Positions 1 to 9,325 are shown, counted from the stretch's first letter. The stretch is DNA of 64,000 nucleotides from Patescibacteria group bacterium (GCA_018819405.1 JAHJQF010000001.1:290097-354096), one strand, 5' to 3'. Notes: generated from the letters alone by a model not told the origin. A program made the numbers and translations.

Positions 1-17
1 TTTGAAGGATTTTTAGA

Positions 18-46
18 TTGACAGGATAGAGTATTTATGCTATACT
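18..46 (+). promoter_or_regulatory. sigma70-like promoter (TTGACA-17nt-TATACT) for the high-GC membrane-protein gene
   Basis: TTGACA at 18-23, 17-nt spacer, TATACT at 41-46. RBS GGAAGGAG lies 8 nt before ATG 118. A near-identical copy sits at 15016-15044. Confidence 0.6.
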
Positions 47-117
47 ATATTATTCACCAAAAATAGGCCAATTTCAGGCTATTGGTTGTGTTCCTCAAAC
101 TTGGAAGGAGTAACTTT

Positions 118-531
118 ATGAGTACCGCCGTTGTTTCTCAGGCCAGATTGTTCTGGCGTAAGCTTGGTTGGTGGCAAGCGTTGACCATCGTCGTGGTGCT
201 GGCCGCCTTCTTCATCGCCTTGCACTTGACGGGTCAGAAGGAATTGGCCGGACTGATCGCCGCTCTTGTTGTGGCCTTCATCATGTTTGTCAGTGGAGCT
301 TATGCCGCCTTCACAAATTCTCCGGCTCCGCTCATTCCCACCGCTGTCCTCGCTATTGGTGTTTTTACTGTCATGATCACTCAAGTCGCCATCCTCTTAG
401 TTGGTGTTGTAGGATTAGTTTTTATCATGCTTAACCTTGAAGTGAGACAGTATGGTATCAAGAAGAGAGTTGTCTGGCTCTCATCTACAGTGGAGTTCGT
501 CGCCATTCTCCTTCCCATTTTACTGGCCTAG
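118..531 (+). CDS. small polytopic membrane protein, high-GC, paralog A
   Basis: ATG at 118 follows a strong RBS. Hydrophobic 137-aa product, GC much higher than surroundings. N- and C-termini are conserved with the 15114-15548 paralog. Intrinsic terminator downstream. Confidence 0.6.
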   Translation: MSTAVVSQARLFWRKLGWWQALTIVVVLAAFFIALHLTGQKELAGLIAALVVAFIMFVSGAYAAFTNSPAPLIPTAVLAIGVFTVMITQVAILLVGVVGLVFIMLNLEVRQYGIKKRVVWLSSTVEFVAILLPILLA

Positions 532-546
532 GCCAGCCCCTGCCAC

Positions 547-583
547 GAGACCCGGGTTAGAATAGGGTCTCTTCTTTTTTTCT
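547..583 (+). terminator. rho-independent terminator (GAGACCC-loop-GGGTCTC + T-run)
   Basis: Perfect 7-bp inverted repeat followed by T8. Duplicated at 15564-15597. Confidence 0.7.
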
Positions 584-650
584 CAAAAAATTCCCAAACA
601 AAAAACAATCTCTAAAAGATTGTTTTATAATATGAATAGAAAATTCGATT

Positions 651-746
651 TCATACAACAGACAAGCGTATGCGAAGTCGTGATTGAGCCTATGTGGTAA
701 AATTCGCGTAGCGACCACATAGGCGAAAGAACGATTTGGGTGAGCG
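651..746. repeat. Site-A copy 1 (~95 bp: 5' arm CAACAGACAAGCGTATGCGAAGTC, variable covarying stem-loop, 3' box GATTTGGGTGAGCGG)
   Basis: Stem 688-697 (CCTATGTGGT) pairs with 713-722 (ACCACATAGG). The 3' box abuts the stop of minus ORF 749-1102. Confidence 0.8.
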
Positions 747-748
747 GA

Positions 749-1102
749 CTAAATATCTTCCATAATCATTTCTTCTACCGCACGTTGTAATTTAAATAAA
801 TCTATATTGTTTGTTTTAAAAGCAGGTGCAGGTTGATATACGGGATTTTTGAAATTAATTTTTTCTATATTTCCTTGCTCATCAAATTTAATATACCCTT
901 CTGTTAATGTGCTATCGGGGTCAACTCCATAATTATCTGATAAACCTTTGTGAAACTTAGAGGTTATAAATATAGTAAAATTTTCAGTAACAGAAAATAC
1001 CCAAGTCCGCTGTTCTCTATCAATATCTACTTTACGTAATTTTAATAGAGCCTTATAGTCTATTTTTTCTGGTGATGATGGATTTTCAAAATGTTCATTC
1101 AT
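749..1102 (-). CDS. hypothetical protein (array cargo)
   Basis: 117-aa ORF flanked by Site-A (3') and Site-B (5'). Confidence 0.5.
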   Translation of the reverse strand: MNEHFENPSSPEKIDYKALLKLRKVDIDREQRTWVFSVTENFTIFITSKFHKGLSDNYGVDPDSTLTEGYIKFDEQGNIEKINFKNPVYQPAPAFKTNNIDLFKLQRAVEEMIMEDI

Positions 1103-1125
1103 AGTATTTTATTTAGTCCGCGAAC

Positions 1126-1154
1126 CGCATACGCGGTGTTGGGTGATGTACGAC
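1126..1154. repeat. Site-B copy 1 (CGCGAACCGCATACGCGGTGTTGGGTGATGT)
   Basis: Reverse-complement of the Site-A 5' arm. Internal CCGC-ATAC-GCGG hairpin. Confidence 0.8.
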
Positions 1155-1168
1155 GAATTCCCAGAATT

Positions 1169-1570
1169 TTATTTATTAAAAGTTTGTTTTATTCTTTTTG
1201 CTATTTCTTCAGGATATAATAGAATATTATCTAAATTATCTAATTTTATCCATTCCAAATTATATTGGTTATTTGGATTATTTCTTCCAGTTTCAGGCCA
1301 ACCTAATTTAATTTTTCCTTCAAATGTTTTAGCTAAGAAATAATATCCGTAATGGTGCTCATCTTTATATTCCCAAAGTAATTTATCCAAAACTATGTCT
1401 AAATTAGTTTCTTCTTTTATTTCTCTAATAGCGGTTTCTTCAGATTTTTCGTTTTTTTCTATTGTTCCTCCAGGAAATGCATAATACTCGTTATCATTTT
1501 TAATTCTATGTATTAAAAGAATTTTTTCATCTTTGATTATAATTACTGCTGATCTTTTATGATATTGCAT
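1169..1570 (-). CDS. Nudix hydrolase
   Basis: Nudix box GGTIEKNEKSEETAIREIKEETNL (GX5EX7REUXEEXGU). Confidence 0.75.
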   Translation of the reverse strand: MQYHKRSAVIIIKDEKILLIHRIKNDNEYYAFPGGTIEKNEKSEETAIREIKEETNLDIVLDKLLWEYKDEHHYGYYFLAKTFEGKIKLGWPETGRNNPNNQYNLEWIKLDNLDNILLYPEEIAKRIKQTFNK

Positions 1571-1602
1571 AGTTTTAAAAAATTCTGGGAATGAGGAGTA
1601 TT

Positions 1603-1700
1603 TCGCCTAACAGACAAGCGTATGAGAAGTCACGAGTGACTGGAGGTGATAGAATCGCACGGAGTGCTATCACCGAAAGGAACGAGTGATTTGCGCGAAG
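1603..1700. repeat. Site-A copy 2
   Basis: CCTAACAGACAAGCGTATGAGAAGTC arm. Stem GGTGATAG (1645-1652) pairs with CTATCACC (1667-1674), loop AATCGCACGGAGTG. Box GATTTGCGCGAAG. Confidence 0.8.
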
Positions 1701-1713
1701 AGAAATAAAGTTT

Positions 1714-1753
1714 TTGCTTAATTATTGACTAATTACTATATAAATGATAGGGT
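1714..1753 (+). promoter_or_regulatory. putative promoter for ORF 1820-2146, with CTGGCTAGGCCAG palindrome at 1767-1781
   Basis: TTGCTT/TTGACT -35 candidates and a TATATA -10. Palindrome lies between promoter and RBS AAAGGAGGTG. Confidence 0.4.
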
Positions 1754-1819
1754 ATTTTATTAGTTCTGGCTAGGCCAGAGTAGTTCATTACTCTAAACCT
1801 CTGAAAGGAGGTGAAAAAT

Positions 1820-2146
1820 ATGTCTTCCAATTTGGTTGGTTTGAAACTCGATGGCTACACTGTCCAGAAGGTGTTCGAAGTCTTCAGGGTCGACGAAGAC
1901 GGCATGAAGGTCAAGTCAGTCGACTTCTTCATGGACGGTGGTGTAGCCACAGCTTGGACTCAAGGTCTGGCTGACCGCCACTTCCACAAGACCGTCGAAG
2001 TGCTCGTCATCAGCAACGGTGAAAGCCATTTCCTTTTCGGAGGAGAGGAAGTCAACATCCACGATGACACGAGTGCCCTTCTTCAGGTTCGACAGAAGGC
2101 TCTGTCCAAGCTGACTTCGGAAGAACGGGCTGTACTCGGCCTGTGA
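1820..2146 (+). CDS. hypothetical protein, high-GC, opposite strand to array
   Basis: ATG 1820 is 8 nt after AAAGGAGG. ~58% GC in a ~30% GC context. Own terminator at 2153-2191. Confidence 0.55.
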   Translation: MSSNLVGLKLDGYTVQKVFEVFRVDEDGMKVKSVDFFMDGGVATAWTQGLADRHFHKTVEVLVISNGESHFLFGGEEVNIHDDTSALLQVRQKALSKLTSEERAVLGL

Positions 2147-2152
2147 TCATTT

Positions 2153-2191
2153 GCCGCCTGGCCTGAAAACTGGGCGGCTCTTTTATTTTTT
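2153..2191 (+). terminator. rho-independent terminator
   Basis: GCCGCC-TGGCCTGAAAACTG-GGCGGC followed by a T-run. Confidence 0.65.
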
Positions 2192-2207
2192 AAAAAACTT
2201 TATTTCT

Positions 2208-2239
2208 CTTCGCCTCATACGCGGTGATAGATGATGACC
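2208..2239. repeat. Site-B copy 2 (variant CTTCGCCTCATACGCGGTGATAGATGATGACC)
   Basis: Shares the CATACGCGGTG core and the GATGAT/GATGT tail. Confidence 0.65.
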
Positions 2240-2251
2240 AATTCCATGGCG

Positions 2252-3004
2252 TTATAAATTATTAATTTTTTTATAGGTAGCTATACCCGTACAATGAAGT
2301 TGTTGTCCATCTAAGACATGGTCATACTTTATATTATTATTAGATATATATTCTATTAGCCAATTTTTGATGTCAGTATTTATAAATTTTAATAAATATT
2401 TAGTTTGGTTGTTTATGAAATTTATTATCTGTAGTGTCTCAACTTTTTTGCGACCTCTTTCATCAATATATGTTTTTTCTGGTCCATTACTATTTATCAT
2501 AGCAAATGACAATGGTTTCGTTCCAAATATGACTATTTGAGATTTGTAATGAATTATTTTTTCTCTTTGTTCTTTTAATTTGAAAATCCATTTTTTATTT
2601 TTGTCTAATATTTTTTTTAATGCAATGTCTATAGTAGGTTTTTTTTCTAACGATTTATATAAATCATGTATACTCATTTCTTGGTCTTGCGGATGAGCAG
2701 GGCCTGTGGGGGTTTTTAGATTTCTGGTATTTTTTGGCAATGTCTGCCATATTATATAAGCTATATCGTTTAGTAATATTCTTTGTCTTATTATAAAACT
2801 TTCTAGATCAGCTGCTATATTATAGTGGTTTGGTTCGTTTTTGTTAGTTTCAGAAATTATTCGATCGTAGTATAAAAAAAGTCTAGATAGTGACCAAAAA
2901 ATAGCATTTGTATTGAAATAATAATGTTTTTTGAAGTGTTGAAAGCCAAAATTGGTAAGCACATCAAAAATTGGCAATTCTAAATATTCATTTTTTCTTA
3001 TCAT
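2252..3004 (-). CDS. hypothetical protein (array cargo)
   Basis: 250-aa ORF with no recognisable motif. Confidence 0.5.
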   Translation of the reverse strand: MIRKNEYLELPIFDVLTNFGFQHFKKHYYFNTNAIFWSLSRLFLYYDRIISETNKNEPNHYNIAADLESFIIRQRILLNDIAYIIWQTLPKNTRNLKTPTGPAHPQDQEMSIHDLYKSLEKKPTIDIALKKILDKNKKWIFKLKEQREKIIHYKSQIVIFGTKPLSFAMINSNGPEKTYIDERGRKKVETLQIINFINNQTKYLLKFINTDIKNWLIEYISNNNIKYDHVLDGQQLHCTGIATYKKINNL

Positions 3005-3024
3005 ATATAATGGAATTGGTTTTC

Positions 3025-3120
3025 ATCTATCAGGCTAGTGTATGCGAAGTTCTGCTTGAATTTTATGCTAAAATAGCACGGAGTGCAAGCATAAAATGAA
3101 AAGTAGAATTTGGGTGGAGC
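3025..3120. repeat. Site-A copy 3
   Basis: Stem ATTTTATGCT pairs with AGCATAAAAT, loop AAAATAGCACGGAGTGCA. Box GAATTTGGGTGGAGC. Forms a ~195-bp composite with Site-B copy 3 that is duplicated at 14767-14962. Confidence 0.8.
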
Positions 3121-3186
3121 AGTGTTAGTTTAGTTTAAACTATATAAAAACAGATAAATATTACTTTACCTGTTCTTTGATATTGC

Positions 3187-3220
3187 TTCGCGAAACCGCA
3201 TACGCGGTGTTGGCTGATGT
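3187..3220. repeat. Site-B copy 3
   Basis: CGCGAAACCGCATACGCGGTGTTGGCTGATGT. Ends 2 nt before the stop of ORF 3222-4025. Confidence 0.8.
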
Positions 3221-3221
3221 T

Positions 3222-4025
3222 TTAATTAAATTTTGTCTTTAATTCTTCCAAAGTTTTTCGCATTAATTCATCTGCTTTTTTGCTTTTTTCTTGTATTTCT
3301 TCAATGGAGTTTGTTTTGTATAAATCTTCGATTTCCTGAACAACTTCTGGTGGCAAATCAACTGACGCATGTTTAAGACCTATGTTTGGCCACTGCGGAG
3401 AATAAAGAAGCCTCAATGCTTCAATAAGTTTGTCTAAAATTAGATCGTGATATATTTTGAGCGCATCAAGATAGTTTTCTCGTTTTAATTCTCGTTCTAG
3501 ACACATGTTACGAAGAGAAACTCGGGCTTCAATATTTTCGATTTGAGCTATAATATTTTTGCGTTCATTTTCTTCGCTTCCTGATTCAGTTTCTAAAATA
3601 CCTTTTTTGTCGAACAATGTGGTTTTACCCTGTGCTTTTAATTTCGTAGAGTCAGAGTATGTTTGCAGAGTAATATCGATAATTAAAAATTTTGATGTGC
3701 CCTGCACATGATAAAGCATTTTGGGCCAATCATATCCAGGTCGTGTATGTTCAAGTTTAAAATCAATATTCGACAATGCGGCTTCTATCGTTTGAATAAC
3801 GCTTTCTATATTTTCGTCTTCTATGACAAGACGTACATCGATATCAGAATATTCGTCCACGGTACCATGTACATCTGCTCCTTCAAGAAAAAAAGCAAAA
3901 ACAGATGAATTGCCTTCAAGAGCGCTATGAAGCTGATCAATAATTTCTTTTCTCTTCTCTATTGTATTTTCTGGTTTTTGTTCGTTTTCTTGCCCTATGT
4001 TTATAGGTAACTCGTTCTTATTCAT
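3222..4025 (-). CDS. nucleotidyltransferase-domain protein
   Basis: G-x(n)-DID motif (LEGADVHGTVDEYSDIDVRLV) typical of the Pol-beta-like NTase fold. Substrate unknown. Confidence 0.5.
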   Translation of the reverse strand: MNKNELPINIGQENEQKPENTIEKRKEIIDQLHSALEGNSSVFAFFLEGADVHGTVDEYSDIDVRLVIEDENIESVIQTIEAALSNIDFKLEHTRPGYDWPKMLYHVQGTSKFLIIDITLQTYSDSTKLKAQGKTTLFDKKGILETESGSEENERKNIIAQIENIEARVSLRNMCLERELKRENYLDALKIYHDLILDKLIEALRLLYSPQWPNIGLKHASVDLPPEVVQEIEDLYKTNSIEEIQEKSKKADELMRKTLEELKTKFN

Positions 4026-4045
4026 ATTTAAAATTTAATTAATAT

Positions 4046-4142
4046 TTCAGCTAACAGACGTGCGTATGCGAAGTCGTGACTGAGCGAATATGATAAAATT
4101 ATTTGAAATCATATTTGCGAAAGAATGATTTGGGTGAGCGAG
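4046..4142. repeat. Site-A copy 4
   Basis: AGCTAACAGACGTGCGTATGCGAAGTC arm. Stem AATATGAT pairs with ATCATATT. Box GATTTGGGTGAGCGAGCCC. Confidence 0.8.
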
Positions 4143-4151
4143 CCCTTTTTA

Positions 4152-4334
4152 TTATTTGTCTTTTTCTTCAGTAGGTGGCACATAAATAACATCTTTTTTA
4201 TTATTAGGATTTATGCCTTCGCTAATTAGGTAATCCTCGTGCTCTTTGTTAAGTTCAGAAACCTCTCTTGTAAAAATACGAAATCCGATATATGCCAGAG
4301 CAGGTACTATAGGTATAAGTAATTTCCAATCCAT
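4152..4334 (-). CDS. small membrane protein (60 aa)
   Basis: N-terminal TM helix. Flanked by Site-A and Site-B. Confidence 0.4.
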   Translation of the reverse strand: MDWKLLIPIVPALAYIGFRIFTREVSELNKEHEDYLISEGINPNNKKDVIYVPPTEEKDK

Positions 4335-4354
4335 ATTTTTTTGTTAATTATTTA

Positions 4355-4391
4355 GCTCGCGAACCGCATACGCGGTGATAGGTGATGTGAT
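4355..4391. repeat. Site-B copy 4
   Basis: AGCTCGCGAACCGCATACGCGGTGATAGGTGATGTGAT. Confidence 0.8.
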
Positions 4392-4409
4392 AAAAATTTT
4401 AATATTTTA

Positions 4410-5219
4410 TTACCAATAACCGTTTTGATTATTTTGCCTAGCATTCCTTTTTTTGAATTCTCTTTCTTCAATAGAATTATACAGCGCAGTTTTTAGGATT
4501 TTAATATCATTATTGTCTAGATAATTTAGAAAATCATCAATGGTCTTTTTTGATACAACATCAATTAGAAAATATTCTGGCTTGTCTTTATATGTGTATT
4601 CAACTTCAATTTCAAAATTATTTTTAATATCTTCATATTTATTACCATCACTAGCCGCTCGTTTAAATTTAGTGAAGTCAGGGACTAATATTAGTGGATA
4701 ATTTACAGTGTTGTAGTTTCCACCTCTTTTATTGGAGTAAAAGAGACTTGCATGCATGACTTCGTTTTTTGCTTTATCCAAGATCTTGTTATCATTTTCT
4801 GTACTAAATTCCTTTACGGCTTCATTATCTTTTAAATAATGGTGCATCTTATTTTCGTAATTTAGGTAAAAATCTTCTTGATTTTGAAGGATGGGATTAT
4901 TTTTTGCTAATTGTTTAGACTTTATTGGATCTTTATCTAAAAACCAAAATACTATATGTGGTTTAATATACTTACACTCTATTATTAATCTTATCGTTAA
5001 TGTCTCTGTAGAATTACTGAACATACCACCGCCAACTTGAATATTTTTTTCAGCAATTATATCAATTTCTCTAGGTTTATTTTCAACAGGATCATTATAG
5101 TGTGGGCTATTTGTCACTGTCCATTCTTTTTCTTCTAATAATTTTGAAATTGTTAAGTGAAAGTCATGTCCACTGTCTCCCATTATTTTTTCTATGATTT
5201 TACCAGTATCTTTTTCCAT
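4410..5219 (-). CDS. hypothetical protein, possible PD-(D/E)xK nuclease fold
   Basis: REIDIIAEK ... IIECKY resembles a D...ExK nuclease motif. Weak. Confidence 0.4.
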   Translation of the reverse strand: MEKDTGKIIEKIMGDSGHDFHLTISKLLEEKEWTVTNSPHYNDPVENKPREIDIIAEKNIQVGGGMFSNSTETLTIRLIIECKYIKPHIVFWFLDKDPIKSKQLAKNNPILQNQEDFYLNYENKMHHYLKDNEAVKEFSTENDNKILDKAKNEVMHASLFYSNKRGGNYNTVNYPLILVPDFTKFKRAASDGNKYEDIKNNFEIEVEYTYKDKPEYFLIDVVSKKTIDDFLNYLDNNDIKILKTALYNSIEEREFKKRNARQNNQNGYW

Positions 5220-5234
5220 AAAATTTTTATTATT

Positions 5235-5333
5235 TCATCTATCAGGACAGGGTATCCGAAGTTCCGAAGCGAATAGCGTGCTAAACTTTCTGCGAAGCAG
5301 AGCACGCAAATGAGCGAGGAATTTGGATGAGCG
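5235..5333. repeat. Site-A copy 5
   Basis: CATCTATCAGGACAGGGTATCCGAAGTTCC arm. Stem GCGTGCT pairs with AGCACGC. Box GAATTTGGATGAGCGGG. Confidence 0.75.
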
Positions 5334-5353
5334 GGTAAGAAAAATTATCCTTA

Positions 5354-5641
5354 TTAATTCCTAACAAATGAGCCTATTAAAGTAAGGATAGCCGTTATTG
5401 CATATAGAATAGAAAAGATTGTTCCGTGGGCATTTTTGATTTTCTTTTTTAAAATCAAATAAGGTATTATTTCAAGTATGAGTGTCATAAAAAGTATGCC
5501 AATAATGCCACCAAGTAATTGGAAGATATCCGAACCATTTATTGCCAGCGAAGCAATAACGGATATAATTAAGCCACTATATGCAAGGATTTTTACATAC
5601 ATAGGTGACTCTTTGAGGTTTAAATTTAGTCCCACTTTCAT
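5354..5641 (-). CDS. small membrane protein (95 aa)
   Basis: Three predicted TM helices. Confidence 0.45.
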   Translation of the reverse strand: MKVGLNLNLKESPMYVKILAYSGLIISVIASLAINGSDIFQLLGGIIGILFMTLILEIIPYLILKKKIKNAHGTIFSILYAITAILTLIGSFVRN

Positions 5642-5680
5642 AATTTTATATTAATTATTTTATTTGTAAAATTTTTCTTA

Positions 5681-5716
5681 CCTGCGAATCGGATACCCGA
5701 TGTTGGGCGATGTACA
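5681..5716. repeat. Site-B copy 5 (covarying variant TCGG-ATAC-CCGA)
   Basis: CCTGCGAATCGGATACCCGATGTTGGGCGATGTACAG. The 4-bp hairpin stem has switched from CCGC/GCGG to TCGG/CCGA while staying complementary. Confidence 0.75.
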
Positions 5717-5725
5717 GATTTTCCT

Positions 5726-6076
5726 TTAAATACCCCATTCTGATATTAGTTTTAAAATGGATGGCCATTGAGAAGTGAAGACCATAGCAATGATCACAAT
5801 TATCACACCTATAATGATTAAGCCGACGGGTCGTTCAAACCACGTTTTCATAGCATTCAAGTCCGACATAACCTTAGATGTTTTTATGTAGAGCGCAGGA
5901 TTGCTTCCAGAATTATTGATATATCCATTTGCTTTTAGAAACTCGTAGTAGATTTTTTGCGCATCACTACTACTTACATTTAAGCCATTTTGAAGGTCTT
6001 GAAAATTAAATCCAGCATCAGGTGTTTTTGAAACCCATTTAAGAATCTTTTTTATTGGAATATTTGCTATTTTCAT
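5726..6076 (-). CDS. hypothetical protein with C-terminal TM helix
   Basis: 116-aa ORF. Confidence 0.45.
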   Translation of the reverse strand: MKIANIPIKKILKWVSKTPDAGFNFQDLQNGLNVSSSDAQKIYYEFLKANGYINNSGSNPALYIKTSKVMSDLNAMKTWFERPVGLIIIGVIIVIIAMVFTSQWPSILKLISEWGI

Positions 6077-6102
6077 AAATTACACAATAAGGAAAATCTG
6101 TA

Positions 6103-6203
6103 TTTCGCCTAACAGACGTGGATTGCCGAAGTTGTGAGAGAGTGAAGTGGCTAAACTTTCGGCGGAGCCGAGCCACGAAACGAACGAGCAATTTGGATGA
6201 GCA
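6103..6203. repeat. Site-A copy 6
   Basis: CGCCTAACAGACGTGGATTGCCGAAGTTG arm. Stem GTGGCT pairs with AGCCAC, loop AAACTTTCGGCGGAGCCG. Box CAATTTGGATGAGC. Confidence 0.75.
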
Positions 6204-6205
6204 AA

Positions 6206-6694
6206 TTAATAAAAATATTTATTTAATACAAATAAACATTCAGGATGAAATTTTCCACCGTTGCTAATCATTTTTTTTATTTCCTCTTTTGTGAAAAATT
6301 GTACTTTTGTAACTTCATTAGGGTCAATATTAAATTCCCCATTATATTTTCCTTTAAAGAAAGTGCTAAAATGTTTGCGCCCATCATCAAGTTCAATGTA
6401 ATGTTTGCCCAATAATTCTAATTCAGTTTTGACACCAATTTCTTCAAAAAGCTCTCTTTTAGCACATCCAAAATAGTCTTCCCCAGAATCTACATGACCA
6501 CCGCCACTACAGTCCCAATAGGAAGGGTAGTTATAACTATTTTCCGAACGTAATTGGAGAAGAATTTCATCTTCATCATTTATAATCATAATATTAGACA
6601 CTCTCAAAATATCTGATTTTTTAGCAGACTTTCTATCGATTATTTTTAGTACTTTATCATTTTTGTCTACTACTTCTACTAGTTCTAATTTCAT
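6206..6694 (-). CDS. Nudix hydrolase
   Basis: Nudix box GGGHVDSGEDYFGCAKRELFEEIGV. Confidence 0.7.
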   Translation of the reverse strand: MKLELVEVVDKNDKVLKIIDRKSAKKSDILRVSNIMIINDEDEILLQLRSENSYNYPSYWDCSGGGHVDSGEDYFGCAKRELFEEIGVKTELELLGKHYIELDDGRKHFSTFFKGKYNGEFNIDPNEVTKVQFFTKEEIKKMISNGGKFHPECLFVLNKYFY

Positions 6695-6735
6695 ATTAAA
6701 TAATTAAGAGTTTTTTAATAAATATTTTTATAAAT

Positions 6736-6795
6736 TTGCGAATCGGCAATCCTGTGTTGGGCGACCCGATAGGGCGGAGCGAAGCGGAGAGTAAG
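6736..6795. repeat. Site-B copy 6 with appended G-rich tail
   Basis: TTGCGAATCGGCAATCCTGTGTTGGGCGAC followed by CCGATAGGGCGGAGCGAAGCGGAGAG. Confidence 0.65.
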
Positions 6796-6802
6796 TATTA
6801 AT

Positions 6803-7333
6803 TTATAATTTTATATTTTCTTTTATATCGCCAAGCGCTTTTTTGTGTTCTTCATATTTATTCTCCCAAAAATCAATATTGCTTAAAGCAAGTTGTTTAA
6901 TTGGCTCTTGTTTTATCCCGTCTTTCATAATGTTTTCTTTATTCCATTTAACTTGATTATTAAGATAATTTTCTGCAGTTAGGGAAAAATCGGAAAAAAA
7001 GTTTTTGAGTTTTGTAATATTTTCATGTTTGAGGAATTTATATACACTTCCGTCTTGTAACATGGAGTCTATTGAATAATTAAGAATTTTAGATAATTGA
7101 TAATATCCAAAATATCTAAATAGTATATCACCATTGACATGATTTCTATATACTTTAAATTCCTCAAGTATTTTTTCGACGTGTGTAATATTGTAGTCTA
7201 TTTCAAACCGGAAATTTTTTTTTCGATTTTTTTCACTAACTTTGTTTTTTATTACATCCAATAAGATATTTATTATACTGCCTGCAATTACACCGGCTAA
7301 TACCCCAAGGAACATATTCCAAAAAGTTTCCAT
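6803..7333 (-). CDS. hypothetical protein with N-terminal TM helix
   Basis: 176-aa ORF. Confidence 0.45.
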   Translation of the reverse strand: METFWNMFLGVLAGVIAGSIINILLDVIKNKVSEKNRKKNFRFEIDYNITHVEKILEEFKVYRNHVNGDILFRYFGYYQLSKILNYSIDSMLQDGSVYKFLKHENITKLKNFFSDFSLTAENYLNNQVKWNKENIMKDGIKQEPIKQLALSNIDFWENKYEEHKKALGDIKENIKL

Positions 7334-7367
7334 ATTTTTTTATTAATAAAATTTAAATTAATACTTA

Positions 7368-7405
7368 TTTCGCCTAACAGACAAGCGTATCTGATGTTTG
7401 TCCGC
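7368..7405. repeat. Site-A copy 7 (truncated; 5' arm only)
   Basis: CGCCTAACAGACAAGCGTATCTGATG present. No stem-loop or 3' box before the stop of ORF 7414-8331. Confidence 0.6.
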
Positions 7406-7413
7406 CACTGAAT

Positions 7414-8331
7414 CTAAGCTGTGTGCTTTTTATATGATTGCTCTATAAGGGTCAATATATAAGAAGTTTCATCTTTAGGAGTTATTACAATTTCATAATC
7501 ACCATTTCCCCAATGGCCAATATTTGATACATCTTTAGCAATGCCCTTTGGATCATTTAGTTGTCCCTTTTTTAGATTTATCCAAATTTTAATCTTTGAT
7601 TTTTTTAGTTCAAAATCTACAAAATTTGTATCAGCAATAAATCCTATATAATATTTTCTTGGTCTTACAGTTATATTGTCAGATATGTTTAAAATTTTTT
7701 CCTTTATTTCTTCATATTTATTTTTTACCTCTTCCGGCAGACTTTCTAAATGTTTTTCTTCCGAGTAAATTTTTATTTCTCTGCTAACTTTTTCTACGAC
7801 ATCACTTTTAGAGCTTATTTTGTTTATTGATTCGCTAGATTCAGGGGATTGTAGTTGATTATATAATATTGTATTATTTTCAAATTTTGATATCTCCCAT
7901 AATTCAATTGGTAGATCCTTAAAATTTATTGCTTGTTTTTGGTATTTTGTAAATTCAGGGGAAATAAAAATTACACGAGATTGAGACCAGTCTACATCTT
8001 CTCGTTTTAAGCTCTGATTTTTACTTTCGTTATATTCAAGTATAAAATCAGCCTTGTTATTGAGTAATAAAGAAAGATAAGCATAACCTTGATCTATTAC
8101 GCTAAAATTTCTATCCTTTTTGTATTCTATTATAACAAAAGCCTTTAGTTCATTATCAAAGGCCAGCGAATCTATTCTCAATCCATTTAGAGCAACTTCT
8201 GACTTGATAAAATCTAAGGAAAAAATTTCATTAAGATTTTTTTCAGTTGTTGACTGTATTTCCCGCTCGTTTTTAAAAGCGGATTCTTTTATTTTTTTGA
8301 GATTTGTATGAGATGTATCAAATATTGGCAT
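7414..8331 (-). CDS. hypothetical protein, possible PD-(D/E)xK-like
   Basis: LRIDSLAFD...VIIEYKKD resembles a D...ExK core. Weak. Confidence 0.4.
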   Translation of the reverse strand: MPIFDTSHTNLKKIKESAFKNEREIQSTTEKNLNEIFSLDFIKSEVALNGLRIDSLAFDNELKAFVIIEYKKDRNFSVIDQGYAYLSLLLNNKADFILEYNESKNQSLKREDVDWSQSRVIFISPEFTKYQKQAINFKDLPIELWEISKFENNTILYNQLQSPESSESINKISSKSDVVEKVSREIKIYSEEKHLESLPEEVKNKYEEIKEKILNISDNITVRPRKYYIGFIADTNFVDFELKKSKIKIWINLKKGQLNDPKGIAKDVSNIGHWGNGDYEIVITPKDETSYILTLIEQSYKKHTA

Positions 8332-8366
8332 AGAAATATATTATTATATTATTAGCGGACAAATAT

Positions 8367-8408
8367 GGGCGAAGCGTAGCGTAGCCAGATACGCGGTGTT
8401 AGACGCTG
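8367..8408. repeat. Site-B copy 7 preceded by G-rich segment GGGCGAAGCGTAGCGTAGCC
   Basis: AGATACGCGGTGTTAGACGCTG. Overlaps the stop codon of ORF 8399-8824. Confidence 0.6.
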
Positions 8409-8824
8409 TTGTCCTCGTTTTCTTTATATGGTTTTTCCAACTTATTCATTTCGTCTATTAATTGTTCTTTACTAAAATTTGATACCTCTTTGTGTTTTCT
8501 TTGAATTAACAAACTAAATATTCCCATAATTAAGAACAACAAAAAAAGCCAATAACATAAAGTTTTATTTGGGTGGTCTTTTTCCAAAATTGTTAGCCCT
8601 CCTATTAGAGCGGATAAGGCTATACCAAAAAAAGCCGGCCCTAGAACTTGCCAAAGGCTTGTTGGTGATTTTATTTTATCTGCCATGTTTTTTAATCTAT
8701 TCCAATCAGGCCAAAACATAGGAAAGCCGCGCCTTGGTTCAGGTGATTTTATCTGACAAGATTCAGAAAATTCTAAATCGCTATCATTATTATTTTTTAT
8801 CTGGCTCTTCGGCATTCTTTTCAA
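8399..8824 (-). CDS. membrane protein
   Basis: 141 aa with two TM helices. Confidence 0.45.
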   Translation of the reverse strand: MKRMPKSQIKNNNDSDLEFSESCQIKSPEPRRGFPMFWPDWNRLKNMADKIKSPTSLWQVLGPAFFGIALSALIGGLTILEKDHPNKTLCYWLFLLFLIMGIFSLLIQRKHKEVSNFSKEQLIDEMNKLEKPYKENEDNSV

Positions 8825-9071
8825 TTAAATCAAGTTTTAAGGCATTAAAAAATAGGGTATTACCACAATTTCGGCACGTTGCATAGACTACAGGAGTTAT
8901 GTTTGATTTTCCTCCTATAACCATGTTGCCTCCATGGAATTCTCTTAACTCAAATATTATATCTGATATATCCCATTCATTGTGTTTGCAAACAGAACAG
9001 GCCTTTGGCGCTGGCCAAGATTCTTGCAGTTTTTCCAACAATTTTTTTTGTTGTTCTTTGTTTAATTTCAT
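8790..9071 (-). CDS. zinc-ribbon small protein
   Basis: CSVC...CRNC four-cysteine motif. Overlaps the downstream ORF by 35 nt (co-module). Confidence 0.45.
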   Translation of the reverse strand: MKLNKEQQKKLLEKLQESWPAPKACSVCKHNEWDISDIIFELREFHGGNMVIGGKSNITPVVYATCRNCGNTLFFNALKLDLIEKNAEEPDKK

Positions 9072-9100
9072 ATTTATATTTTATCATTAGAGGACAATTG

Positions 9101-9219
9101 CGTCTAACAGACAAGCGTATCTGAAGTTTTCTGCGAAACGAAGCTGTTATAATTATTGCGCGAAGTGGAGCGTAGCGCAAGAGCAGCGGAGTTGAGTAGA
9201 AAATTTGGGTGAAGTAGGA
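9101..9219. repeat. Site-A copy 8
   Basis: CGTCTAACAGACAAGCGTATCTGAAGTT arm. Stem TTGCGC pairs with GCGCAA. Box AAAATTTGGGTGAAGTAGG. Confidence 0.7.
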
Positions 9220-9243
9220 GAGAAAAAGCCTATTTTAAAGATA

Positions 9244-9272
9244 TTGACATATTATAGATATTCTGGTATTTT
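9244..9272 (+). promoter_or_regulatory. sigma70-like promoter (TTGACA-17-TATTTT) for ORF 9326-9517
   Basis: TTGACA at 9244-9249. RBS GAGGAGG lies before ATG 9326. Confidence 0.5.
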
Positions 9273-9325
9273 ATATTGTTCGTTCCCTGCATTATTCACC
9301 ACCAACCTAGTGAGGAGGACAGCTC

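Noticed and set aside
79-531. Overlapping ORFs 79-384(-), 168-434(+), 15065-15535(-)
   Set aside because: They overlap the better-supported high-GC membrane-protein genes, which have a promoter, RBS and terminator in the right frame. They are GC-rich frame artefacts.
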